This document shows, in pieces, positions 1 through 8,237 of a stretch of 64,000 nt of DNA. Origin of the DNA: Candidatus Kuenenia stuttgartensis. Lineage in GTDB: Bacteria > Gemmatimonadota > Gemmatimonadetes > Gemmatimonadales > Gemmatimonadaceae. The translations under genes were made by a program, and so were the position numbers. The stretch covers positions 3,487 through 67,486 of the forward strand of contig CALQGY020000006.1 in assembly GCA_943330235.2 (NCBI GenBank). The letters run 5' to 3'. The notes beneath the pieces were generated by a model. It worked only from the letters and a program-made list of their open reading frames with translations, ran no database searches and was not told the origin of the DNA. How positions within the stretch are numbered: the stretch's first letter is position 1; each line of letters opens with the position of its first letter.

Positions 1-241
1 GCAGGCGCTCGCAGCAGTTGCCACTTGACAGTGTGGCCTCCACGCGTCGGGTGGGAAAAGTGTGGCGTGCGTGCAGCACTGTGTCGTGGTTTTGAGGCAA
101 CGGTTGAACTCGCTTGAAGCACGTTCTGCTCGTGTTCTGAGGCAAATGAGGCGCTGCGGCCGCGGCACGCACTTTGCTCCTCATTAAGGCGAAGGCCCGC
201 GCTCCGTGGGCCCCCCCTCAGAATTCGTTAGGGAACACGCC

Positions 242-718
242 ATGTCCAAGATCCTCGCAGAGCCTGCAATCGACCCGGTGCGTTGCTTCTTCTCCCAGCT
301 GTGCGTGCTGCTGACGGGGATTGCGGCGGGTGTGGTCGAGCCGATCGCGGGTGAGCCGGAGCGCTCGCCGGCCTATCATATGGGGCGTCGCGATGGCTAC
401 CACGTGGTGGTCGCCCATCTCGCGTCCAGCCGCACCCTGCGCGAGGCGTCCGACAAGTGTCTGGCGTTCGGGCTCGGCGTCGACGAACGGGCGGATGCGC
501 ATCCCTATGGGCCGGATTGGTGCTGCGGCTTCGCCCGCGCCACCCTGGACGCGGCCGGTGACATCGCGATGTACGCGGCCACTGAAACGCTCCCCATCAT
601 CGACAAGGACCGTCTGCGCTCCGCGCGCACCGCGGCCCGGCATCTGTCGCCCCTCTCGGGACTGTGGCCGGCCCGCCCGACCGCCAGCCAGCCCCCCAGC
701 AGCCGCCACGAGTGGTAG
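242..718 (+). CDS. hypothetical protein, no family recognised (158 aa from ATG 242; GTG 206 is also in frame)
   Basis: Open frame with strong G/C third-position bias like neighbouring genes. Several Cys (CFF, LC, DKC, WCC) but no motif I recognise. Lies directly upstream of pyrR. Confidence 0.4.
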   Translation: MSKILAEPAIDPVRCFFSQLCVLLTGIAAGVVEPIAGEPERSPAYHMGRRDGYHVVVAHLASSRTLREASDKCLAFGLGVDERADAHPYGPDWCCGFARATLDAAGDIAMYAATETLPIIDKDRLRSARTAARHLSPLSGLWPARPTASQPPSSRHEW

Positions 719-787
719 GCGCTTTGGCGCATTGAGCATGCGCGTCGAGGTACGCCTCGGCGCGCAGGGCCGGTATATTGTCCGGTC

Positions 788-1339
788 ATGCCCAAGAAGC
801 CTTCCACCGTGCTGGATGCGCGTGCGCTCGATCGCACCCTGCGTCGCATGGCCGATCAAATTATCGAATTGAACGCAGGGACCGAGGGCCTCGTGCTCGT
901 CGGCATCCAGCGACGCGGCGTGCAGCTCGCTGAGCGCATCGGCCGCATCATCGAAGCGCAGGAAGGATCGCCGGTGCCGCGCGGCGCGCTCGATATCACG
1001 CTCTATCGTGACGACTTGCAAACGGTCGGGCCGCGTCCGGTCGTTGGCGCAACGCACTTGCCCTGGACCCTCGACGGCCAGAACGTCGTCATCGTCGACG
1101 ATGTGCTCTACACTGGCCGCACGGTCCGCGCGGCCCTCGACGAGCTCGCCGACTTCGGACGCCCCGGGCGCATTGCCTTGGCGGTGCTCATCGATCGCGG
1201 CGGGCGCGAACTGCCCATCCACGCCGACATCGTGGGGCGCACCGTCACGGTGGCTGCGGGCCAGCATGTCGATGTCTCGGTCGAAGAGCTCGACGGTCGC
1301 GACGAAGTCGTGATCGCCACACGCGACGACGAGGGCTGA
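788..1339 (+). CDS. pyrR: bifunctional pyrimidine operon regulator / uracil phosphoribosyltransferase PyrR
   Basis: PRPP-binding motif VVIVDDVLYTGRTVRAAL; LVLVGIQRRGV; typical length (183 aa); sits before pyrB. Confidence 0.93.
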   Translation: MPKKPSTVLDARALDRTLRRMADQIIELNAGTEGLVLVGIQRRGVQLAERIGRIIEAQEGSPVPRGALDITLYRDDLQTVGPRPVVGATHLPWTLDGQNVVIVDDVLYTGRTVRAALDELADFGRPGRIALAVLIDRGGRELPIHADIVGRTVTVAAGQHVDVSVEELDGRDEVVIATRDDEG

Positions 1340-1342
1340 GCC

Positions 1343-2302
1343 ATGGCCGGTCCGCTTGGAAAAGATCTGCTCGGTCTCGCGCCGCTGACGGCGGAGCAAA
1401 TTCGGCTGGTGCTCGATACGGCGGTGCCGTTTCGCGAGATCTCCGAACGGCAGATCAAGAAGGTGCCGACGCTGCGCGGCATGACCATCGTCAATCTGTT
1501 TTTCGAAGCCTCCACGCGCACGCGCATCTCCTTCGAATTCGCCGAGAAGCGCCTCAGCGCCGACACCGTCAACGTGGCGGTCGCCGGCTCGAGCGTCTCC
1601 AAGGGCGAGACGCTCGTCGACACGGCGCGCAATCTCGAAGCGATGAAGATCGACATGGTCGTCATCCGCCATCCCGCGTCGGGCGCGGCGCAGTTTCTCG
1701 CCGAGCGCATCGAATCGAACGTCATCAACGCGGGCGACGGGACCAACGAACACCCCACGCAAGGATTGCTCGACATGCTCACGCTGCGCGATCGCTTCGG
1801 CGATCTCGCCGGGAAGCGGATCTGCATCGTGGGCGATGTGCTGCACTCACGCGTCGCGCGTTCCAACATCTGGGGACTGACCAAGCTGGGCGCCGAGGTG
1901 GCGGTCTGTGGTCCGCGTTCGCTGCTCCCCAACGCGATCGGGGAGATGGGCGTGACGGTCTTCAATCGCATTGAGGAGGCCATTGAGTGGGCGGACGCTC
2001 TCAATGTGCTCCGCCTCCAACTCGAACGGATGGAAGCGGGATACATTCCGTCGCTGCGCGAATACAATCGCGTGTTCGGCGTGACGCGCGCGCGCCTCGA
2101 CCGCGCGCCGCGCGACATCTGCATTCTGCATCCGGGCCCCATGAATCGCGGCGTCGAAATCGACAGCGATGTGGCGGACGGACCGCACGCTGTTATTCTC
2201 GCTCAGGTCACGAATGGTCTCGCCATTCGCATGGCCGTGTTGTATCTCCTCGCCGGCGGCAAGCCGGAACTCGCTGAAGCCGCCAAGAAGGGAGCTGCCT
2301 GA
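1343..2302 (+). CDS. pyrB: aspartate carbamoyltransferase catalytic subunit
   Basis: [13 protein letters not shown] carbamoyl-phosphate motif; [10 protein letters not shown]; HPGPMNRG. Confidence 0.96.
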   Translation: MAGPLGKDLLGLAPLTAEQIRLVLDTAVPFREISERQIKKVPTLRGMTIVNLFFEASTRTRISFEFAEKRLSADTVNVAVAGSSVSKGETLVDTARNLEAMKIDMVVIRHPASGAAQFLAERIESNVINAGDGTNEHPTQGLLDMLTLRDRFGDLAGKRICIVGDVLHSRVARSNIWGLTKLGAEVAVCGPRSLLPNAIGEMGVTVFNRIEEAIEWADALNVLRLQLERMEAGYIPSLREYNRVFGVTRARLDRAPRDICILHPGPMNRGVEIDSDVADGPHAVILAQVTNGLAIRMAVLYLLAGGKPELAEAAKKGAA

Positions 2303-3591
2303 TGTCGCGTGATCTGGTGTTGAAGGGTGGACGGATCGTTGATCCGTCACAGGGTATCGATACGGTCGGTGACGTGCTGCTGCGCGGTGGCGTGGTGGAA
2401 TCGTGCGGCCCGCGCATTTCGACGCCCGATGGCGCCGAGGTCGTGGACTGCAGCGGCATGATCGTCGCGCCGGGCCTCATCGATGTGCACGTGCACCTGC
2501 GCGAGCCCGGTCGCGAAGACGTCGAAACCGTCGCGACGGGCGCACACTCCGCGGTCGCGGGCGGCTTCACGGGCATCTGTGCGATGCCCAATACCAAGCC
2601 GGTCACCGATAATCAGGCCACCGTCGGATTCGTGAAGCGACAGGGCGAAGCCGCCGGCTTTGCCCGCGTCTATCCGTACGGCGCCATCAGCGTCTCCCAA
2701 AAGGGCGAGACGCTCGCAGAAATCGGCGAGATGGTCGGTGCCGGCGCGGTGGCGTTCAGCGACGACGGCCGGCCGGTGGAGAGCGCGCATCTCATGCGCA
2801 CCGCCCTCGAGTATGCCCGCGCCTTCAACGTGCCCGTCGCCGAACATTGCGAGGATATGTCGCTCGCCCGCGGGGGCGCGATGAACGAAGGCATTGTGTC
2901 AGCGCGTCTGGGCCTGAAGGGTATCCCCGCCGAAGCCGAAGAGATTTACGTCATTCGCGACATTCTGCTCGCGCGACTCACGGGTGGGCACATCCACCTC
3001 TGCCACCTCAGCACCAAGGGCTCAGTGGAGCTCGTGCGATGGGGCAAGGAACGCGGGGTGAACGTGACGGCCGAAGTCTGCTCGCACCACATCTCGCTCA
3101 CGGAATCGGCGGTCGAAGGCTACAACACCAACGCCAAGATGAATCCGCCGTTGCGCACGGCGGCTGATGTCGAAGCGCTCAAGCAGGGGCTGGCCGACGG
3201 CACCATCGATCTGCTGGTGACCGACCACGCGCCGCACCACTACGACGAGAAGGAGCGGGAATTCGCCGATGCGCCCAACGGCATCGTCGGTCTCGAAACC
3301 GCGTTGGGGGTGAACTGCACCTACCTGCTGCACACCGGCGTGATGTCGATGTCACAGATGATTGACGCCATGAGCTGCAAGCCGGCGCGCGTCTTCCATC
3401 TGCCGGGCGGGACGCTGGCGCGGGGGAGCATCGCCGACGTGTCGGTGTTCGATCCGTCGAGAAAGTGGACGGTCGACGCGGCGCGCTTCAAGTCGAAGGG
3501 ACGGAACACGCCCTACGGCGGCCACACGTTCACGGGGCAGGCGCGCGTGACCGTCGTTGGCGGTCGCGTCGTGTACCGCGCCGAGGACTGA
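2302..3591 (+). CDS. pyrC: dihydroorotase
   Basis: GLIDVHVHLREPG metal-binding motif; DHAPH; 429 aa; TGATG junction with pyrB. Confidence 0.94.
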   Translation: MSRDLVLKGGRIVDPSQGIDTVGDVLLRGGVVESCGPRISTPDGAEVVDCSGMIVAPGLIDVHVHLREPGREDVETVATGAHSAVAGGFTGICAMPNTKPVTDNQATVGFVKRQGEAAGFARVYPYGAISVSQKGETLAEIGEMVGAGAVAFSDDGRPVESAHLMRTALEYARAFNVPVAEHCEDMSLARGGAMNEGIVSARLGLKGIPAEAEEIYVIRDILLARLTGGHIHLCHLSTKGSVELVRWGKERGVNVTAEVCSHHISLTESAVEGYNTNAKMNPPLRTAADVEALKQGLADGTIDLLVTDHAPHHYDEKEREFADAPNGIVGLETALGVNCTYLLHTGVMSMSQMIDAMSCKPARVFHLPGGTLARGSIADVSVFDPSRKWTVDAARFKSKGRNTPYGGHTFTGQARVTVVGGRVVYRAED

Positions 3592-3633
3592 GCGGTTTAC
3601 GCGGACGGTGACATCCCGCACGGAGACGCCCCG

Positions 3634-4395
3634 GTGAGCAGCCGGGGCATCACCGCGCGGGAGATCGCGGGTATCGCGGAAGCGCTCGCGACGTCCTGCC
3701 GTCGGCTCCACGCGCGCGGCCTGCTCGCTGGGGCGGAAGGGAACTGCTCGGTTCGACTCGCCGACGGCTCCATGCTCATCACCGCATCGGGGATCGATAA
3801 GGCCACCATCGGCCCGCAGCATGTGCTCCGGCGCCACGCCGATGGCGGTGAATATCACAATGACGGCGCCTCAGGGGTGCCGCGTGACACGGTCGCCGGT
3901 GACAGCGGACTGCGCCCGTCGTCGGAAATGCAGATGCATTGCGCGCTCTACGCCGAACGATCGGACGTCATGGCCGTGGTGCATGCCCATCCGCCGGCCG
4001 CAACGGGGTTCGCGACGGCCGGGCGCGCGATTCCGGCCGACGTCCTCCCGGAGGTGCCGGTGGTCGTCGGACCGGTCGCGTTGGTCCCGTACGGGCGCCC
4101 CGGGACCTCGGCGCTCCCCGATGCCATTCGTCCCTTCGCTGCACACCACGAGGTGTTCTTGCTGGCCAATCACGGAGTCACGGCGGTCGGACGTTCGTTG
4201 GTCGACGCCATGACGCGCATGGAGAGCGTCGAGCAGGCTGCCCGCATTCTAGTCGTCGCCGAACTGTTGGGCGGCGCGCGGGTATTGCCGGAGGGAGAGC
4301 CGGCCGCCTTGGCGGCGCTCCGCCCGTTGCCGTCCGCCGCATCCCCGGTGCCGATCTCCGCCCCTCTAGTCTCTTCCACCGACGTGCTTTCATGA
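3634..4395 (+). CDS. class II aldolase/adducin-family protein (fuculose-phosphate aldolase / MtnB-like)
   Basis: GNCSVRL, ITASG, SSEMQMHCALY, AVVHAHPP motifs typical of the class II aldolase fold; GTG start. Confidence 0.8.
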   Translation: MSSRGITAREIAGIAEALATSCRRLHARGLLAGAEGNCSVRLADGSMLITASGIDKATIGPQHVLRRHADGGEYHNDGASGVPRDTVAGDSGLRPSSEMQMHCALYAERSDVMAVVHAHPPAATGFATAGRAIPADVLPEVPVVVGPVALVPYGRPGTSALPDAIRPFAAHHEVFLLANHGVTAVGRSLVDAMTRMESVEQAARILVVAELLGGARVLPEGEPAALAALRPLPSAASPVPISAPLVSSTDVLS

Positions 4396-5639
4396 CCGAA
4401 TCCCGCGACGTGTCGATCGACGAAGTGCGTGCCCTGGTCGCAGAACGGCAGCGATATGAAGACTGGCTGACCGCGCTCGAGGGACGGCGCGCGGAGACCC
4501 CAGCACGCGTGTTCGAGCGCGTGCACGGCGATTACACCACGCGACGCGATGACGTGCTGGGGCGCTTACGAGCCCACGTCCCTGGGCTGACCGCCGCCGG
4601 TCGCGAGCTCGCCTCGCAGCTCACGGCGCTCGAAGACACCCTCGGAACACTCGAGGACGAGCGCGCCGAAGCGATGCTGCGAACGGCCGTCGGCGAGTAT
4701 GACGATGACCGGTGGGAGCGCGTTCGCCAGCAGGTGGAGACGCAGATTGCCGCGCTCGGCGAGCAGCGTACCAGCCTTCAGGCCGAGGTCGAAGAGGTGC
4801 GGGCGTTGCTGGCCAATGCCGGCGGTGAGGCGGAGGACGAATCGTCTCTGCGCGAGCACGTCTCGCACGATGACGCCGTTCCGGGTGCGCCGGATGCCGA
4901 CGTCGTCGACGCTGTCGGGGCGGAGGCGAGCGTCGAGGCCGAAGGGATGGGTGAGCCGATCATCGAGGCCGTCGTCGAGCCCGTCGTCGAGCCAATGGAC
5001 GAAGTCTTGATCGCACCGCGGAGCGAGGCGGTCGCGCCCCCGGACGTGGATGACGTCCCATCGGCGGCCATGGCGGCGACGGCGGATCTCAGCGACAGTG
5101 ATCCGTTCGGGCTCATGCCGGCGGAGTCGCTCACGGCGCGCGATCTGATCGAGCCCACCAGCGAGGAACTGGCGGAACTCGATAACGCGCTGGCGGTCTT
5201 TTCCGCAGCCGGCCCAACCGAGCGGTTTGTGCCGCCGGCACCGGCCGCCCCCGACCTTCCTGCTGTACCCTCGGGGCTCAACGGCGTCGATGTGTTCGAC
5301 GATGCAGAACTGGGCGATCTGCGCATGGCCCCCCCGGCCCGCGCGACGGCAGCCGTGACGCCGCAGGAATCGTCGCTGACATCTTCCGCGGCCGGTGCGC
5401 CCGCCCCGAACACGCCGGATGCCGCGCCGAGTCCAGAGGCGTCCAGCGGGCGCGAAGCCTTCGACGATCTCGCGTTCCTACGGTCGGTCGTCGATCCGAC
5501 GGCGCCGACTGGCGCTGCACGGGCGTCGGCGCCCGCCGGCGATCAGCAGAAGACGCTGCGCTGCACCGAGTGCAGCACGATGAATTTCCCGACAGAGTGG
5601 TACTGCGAGCGCTGCGGCGGCGAGCTGGCCGCGTTCTGA
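4392..5639 (+). CDS. hypothetical protein with N-terminal coiled coil, long acidic/Pro-Ala-rich linker and C-terminal RanBP2-like zinc ribbon
   Basis: ATG 4392 overlaps the aldolase stop (ATGA). Heptad-like Glu/Arg/Leu-rich N-terminus. C-terminus is CTECSTMNFPTEWYCERCGGEL (CxxC-x10-CxxC). The track start at 3939 is an Arg-rich extension overlapping the aldolase and was rejected. Confidence 0.65.
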   Translation: MTESRDVSIDEVRALVAERQRYEDWLTALEGRRAETPARVFERVHGDYTTRRDDVLGRLRAHVPGLTAAGRELASQLTALEDTLGTLEDERAEAMLRTAVGEYDDDRWERVRQQVETQIAALGEQRTSLQAEVEEVRALLANAGGEAEDESSLREHVSHDDAVPGAPDADVVDAVGAEASVEAEGMGEPIIEAVVEPVVEPMDEVLIAPRSEAVAPPDVDDVPSAAMAATADLSDSDPFGLMPAESLTARDLIEPTSEELAELDNALAVFSAAGPTERFVPPAPAAPDLPAVPSGLNGVDVFDDAELGDLRMAPPARATAAVTPQESSLTSSAAGAPAPNTPDAAPSPEASSGREAFDDLAFLRSVVDPTAPTGAARASAPAGDQQKTLRCTECSTMNFPTEWYCERCGGELAAF

Positions 5640-5653
5640 TGGGTCGGATGGAC

Positions 5654-5700
5654 ACACGCGAAAGGGGCTGGAATCATGGATTCCGGCCCCTTTCGCGTGT
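5654..5700. terminator. 22-bp-stem hairpin between convergent genes (candidate bidirectional terminator)
   Basis: ACACGCGAAAGGGGCTGGAATC-atg-GATTCCGGCCCCTTTCGCGTGT; arms are complementary except for one G-U position. Lies between the zinc-ribbon gene (+) and rpsT (-). Confidence 0.7.
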
Positions 5701-5741
5701 CACATGCTGCGTGATCCGCGTGCACTGGGCACGCGCACCCG

Positions 5742-5981
5742 TTAGACGCTCGCGGCCTTCTTGGCGAGGCGGCTCTTCTGGCGCGCAGCGGTGTTACGAT
5801 GAATGAGTCCCTTGCGGGCGGCGCGATCGAGCAGCGACACCGCAGAGAGCTGTTCCGTGGCGTTGCCACCATTCTTCGCTTTCTTCACGGCAGTACGCAG
5901 CGCCGAACGCTGCGCGCGATTGCGCAGCGCAGCCGCACGTGACTTCCGCAGGTCTTTCTTTGCGGACTTGATATTCGGCAC
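5742..5981 (-). CDS. rpsT: 30S ribosomal protein S20
   Basis: MPNIKSAKKDLRKS...RNRA...KKA; basic, 79 aa, classic S20 N-terminus. Confidence 0.95.
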   Translation of the reverse strand: MPNIKSAKKDLRKSRAAALRNRAQRSALRTAVKKAKNGGNATEQLSAVSLLDRAARKGLIHRNTAARQKSRLAKKAASV

Positions 5982-6178
5982 GAAAACCTCTTGTACGAGA
6001 CTTGAGCGGATGAAGCGGCGCGGCGACCGACAGGGCGCGACGCCTGAACCTTCACGGCGCGCTGTTCTGCGTCGAAAGGCGAGAGAGACCGGTAAAAGTA
6101 TCTGAGGGTTGGACTTGCGTCAACCCGACCGGCGAGGCGTGTTGCGAGAATCCCGGAGCAACGGTCCGCCGCGCCTTT

Positions 6179-6207
6179 TGACACCACCCTTGCGACGGGC
6201 TAGCTTC
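6179..6207 (+). promoter_or_regulatory. sigma70-like promoter candidate (TTGACA-N17-TAGCTT)
   Basis: TTGACA at 6179-6184, 17-nt spacer, TAGCTT at 6202-6207, in the divergent rpsT / M50 spacer. Confidence 0.4.
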
Positions 6208-6221
6208 CACGTTCGACTTGC

Positions 6222-6965
6222 TTGGAATCACCAGTACGGATCGCACCGCGGTTCTGTACGTCTCCAGTCGCCCCCGCCGCGTTGGACACCATTCAGCAGC
6301 TGGTTCTCATAGCGCCGGTCCTGTTGTTCTCGATGGTCGCCCACGAGTACGCTCACGGGTATGCCGCCTTCAAGCAAGGTGACATGACGGCGTATTCGCT
6401 CGGACGGCTCACCTGGAACCCCATCAAGCACATCGATCCGTTCATGACGATTGTGCTGCCGCTGATGCTGGCGTTCCTCGGCGCGCCGATCTTCGGCGGC
6501 GCCAAGCCGGTGCCGGTCAATCCTCGCAATTACCGCGAGTATCGTCGGGGGGACATCATTGTGTCCATGGCGGGGATCGCGACGAATCTGGCGATCGCCG
6601 TGGCCAGCGTGCCGGTCGTGATCGTGGTGGGCATTCTGGGGGCGTCGGTCCCGGCGCTCGTGCGTCCGCTGGGCATCCTGCAGCTCATGCTGGTGCAGGG
6701 CATTTTCATCAATCTGATTCTCGCCGCGTTCAACCTCATGCCGATTCCGCCGCTCGACGGGTCGCATGTGTTCAAATATTTGCTCCCGCCCCGCTGGTCA
6801 CTGTCGTACCAGCGGCTTGGGAGCTTCGGTTTCTTGATCCTCTTTGCCGTGCTCTCGTTCGGACGTCCGCTGGTAAACGCCTGGTTGGCTCCGGCGTATT
6901 TCCTGCGGATTCTGGCCGAACGGTTCTACTTTTCGTTCATCTTGCCCAACCCCTTCAGCACGTGA
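6222..6965 (+). CDS. site-2 protease family (peptidase M50) membrane metalloprotease
   Basis: HEYAHGYAA (HExxH) in TM1; GRLTWNPIKHIDP; NLMPIPPLDGSHV. The first about 20 codons have poor GC3, so TTG 6282 is an alternative start. Confidence 0.85.
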   Translation: MESPVRIAPRFCTSPVAPAALDTIQQLVLIAPVLLFSMVAHEYAHGYAAFKQGDMTAYSLGRLTWNPIKHIDPFMTIVLPLMLAFLGAPIFGGAKPVPVNPRNYREYRRGDIIVSMAGIATNLAIAVASVPVVIVVGILGASVPALVRPLGILQLMLVQGIFINLILAAFNLMPIPPLDGSHVFKYLLPPRWSLSYQRLGSFGFLILFAVLSFGRPLVNAWLAPAYFLRILAERFYFSFILPNPFST

Positions 6966-7711
6966 TCGCTTCCCCTCTTCGCGTGAACGACGCCACCTCG
7001 TCGCCGTTCGTGGTGGAGCTGAGCCAGTTCACCGGCCCGCTCGACTTGCTGCTCTCGCTCATCCGCGATGAGCAGTTGGACATCTACGACATTCCGATCG
7101 CCCGGATCGCCGAGCAGTTCCTCGCGCGCATCGGATCGCTCGGGCTGGACGAGGCCGCCGACTATCTCGAGATGGCCGCACGTCTGCTCCGCATCAAGGC
7201 GCAGATGTTGCTCCCGCGCGCCGATGGCGAAGAGTCGTGGGAAGATCCGCGCGCTGAGTTGGTGCGTCGCCTGCTCGAGTATCAGCAGATGCGCGAAGTC
7301 GTCGATCTGCTCGAACATCGTGGCGAATCGCGTCGGCATCAGTTCGGCCGTCGCTGGGTGCCGCAGGCGGCAGACATCATGCCCATCGCCGCGCCGTTGG
7401 CGCTCACGCTGACCGATCTGCTGGGCGCGGTGGACCGCGTGCTGCGCACGGCCAAGGAACCCGTGCTGCACGACGTGGTGCCGCGCGCGCTGGACGTGGC
7501 CGGTGCCATGTCCACCATTCGCATCGTGCTCTCCATGCGACGGAATGCCGGCTGGTCTGACATGATTGGGCGTGATGCCGAGCCGTGGCAGATCCTGTCG
7601 GTGCTCTTGGCGTTGCTGGAAATGGCAAAACTGGGTGAACTGCGAATCGCGCAGCCGCGCCCGTTCGGCAACGTGGAGATCCGTCGTGACGCCGTTAGCG
7701 AAGCTGCTTGA
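6962..7711 (+). CDS. scpA: segregation and condensation protein A
   Basis: FTGPLDLLLSLIRDEQLDIYDIPIARIAEQFL, the typical ScpA N-terminus; followed by scpB. Confidence 0.9.
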   Translation: MIASPLRVNDATSSPFVVELSQFTGPLDLLLSLIRDEQLDIYDIPIARIAEQFLARIGSLGLDEAADYLEMAARLLRIKAQMLLPRADGEESWEDPRAELVRRLLEYQQMREVVDLLEHRGESRRHQFGRRWVPQAADIMPIAAPLALTLTDLLGAVDRVLRTAKEPVLHDVVPRALDVAGAMSTIRIVLSMRRNAGWSDMIGRDAEPWQILSVLLALLEMAKLGELRIAQPRPFGNVEIRRDAVSEAA

Positions 7712-8237
7712 AGCCGCGCTGTTCGCCGCGCCGCGCCCGCTCTCGCTCGAGTCGCTGACCACGCTCGATCCGGAGTCCAGCCCGGCGGCGGTGTCGTCGG
7801 CGCTCGATGAACTGCGCGAGCACTACGACATCGATGGGCACGGCGTGGAACTCGTCGAGCAGGGTGGTGGTTTTCAGATTCTGACCCGCGCGGAGTACGC
7901 CGAAGCCATCGAGCGCGCGCAGGTCGCCGTGCGTCCGCAGCGGCTCTCGGCCGCGGCGCTCGAAACCTTGGCGATCATCGCCTACCGGCAGCCGATCGGG
8001 CGTGCCGAAATTGAAGAAATTCGCGGAGTCGCTGTGGGCAGTGTCCTCAAGTCGCTGCATGAACGCGGCCTCATCGACATCGTGGGACGAAGTGAGGGGA
8101 TCGGCCGTCCGTTGCTGTACGGCACCACCCCGCAGTTCCTCGAACAGTTCGGATTGCGTCACCTCGAGGAGCTTCCACGCGCCGACGAGTTGGCGATCGC
8201 CCTGCGCGGTGCCGGTAGCACCGTGGTCGCGGAGTGA
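7686..8237 (+). CDS. scpB: segregation and condensation protein B
   Basis: LLEAALFAAPRPLSLESL; LETLAIIAYRQPIGRAEIEEIRGV winged-helix motif. GTG 7686 chosen; the track start at 7566 overlaps scpA with Trp/Cys/Arg-rich sequence. Confidence 0.88.
   Translation: MTPLAKLLEAALFAAPRPLSLESLTTLDPESSPAAVSSALDELREHYDIDGHGVELVEQGGGFQILTRAEYAEAIERAQVAVRPQRLSAAALETLAIIAYRQPIGRAEIEEIRGVAVGSVLKSLHERGLIDIVGRSEGIGRPLLYGTTPQFLEQFGLRHLEELPRADELAIALRGAGSTVVAE

Noticed and set aside
218-1846. 542-aa minus-strand ORF spanning the pyrR/pyrB region
   Set aside because: It is antisense to two genes with unmistakable motifs. Its Arg/Gly/Ala/Asp-rich composition is typical of stop-free shadow frames in high-GC DNA.
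3939-4391. N-terminal extensions implied by track starts (3939 for the zinc-ribbon protein; likewise 17679 for mutL, 30490 for the lipoprotein, 42390 for pgeF, 53957 for tatD, 55862 for murI)
   Set aside because: The extensions overlap the preceding, well-supported gene and are Arg-rich junk. Internal starts give canonical N-termini and ATGA/GTGA coupling.
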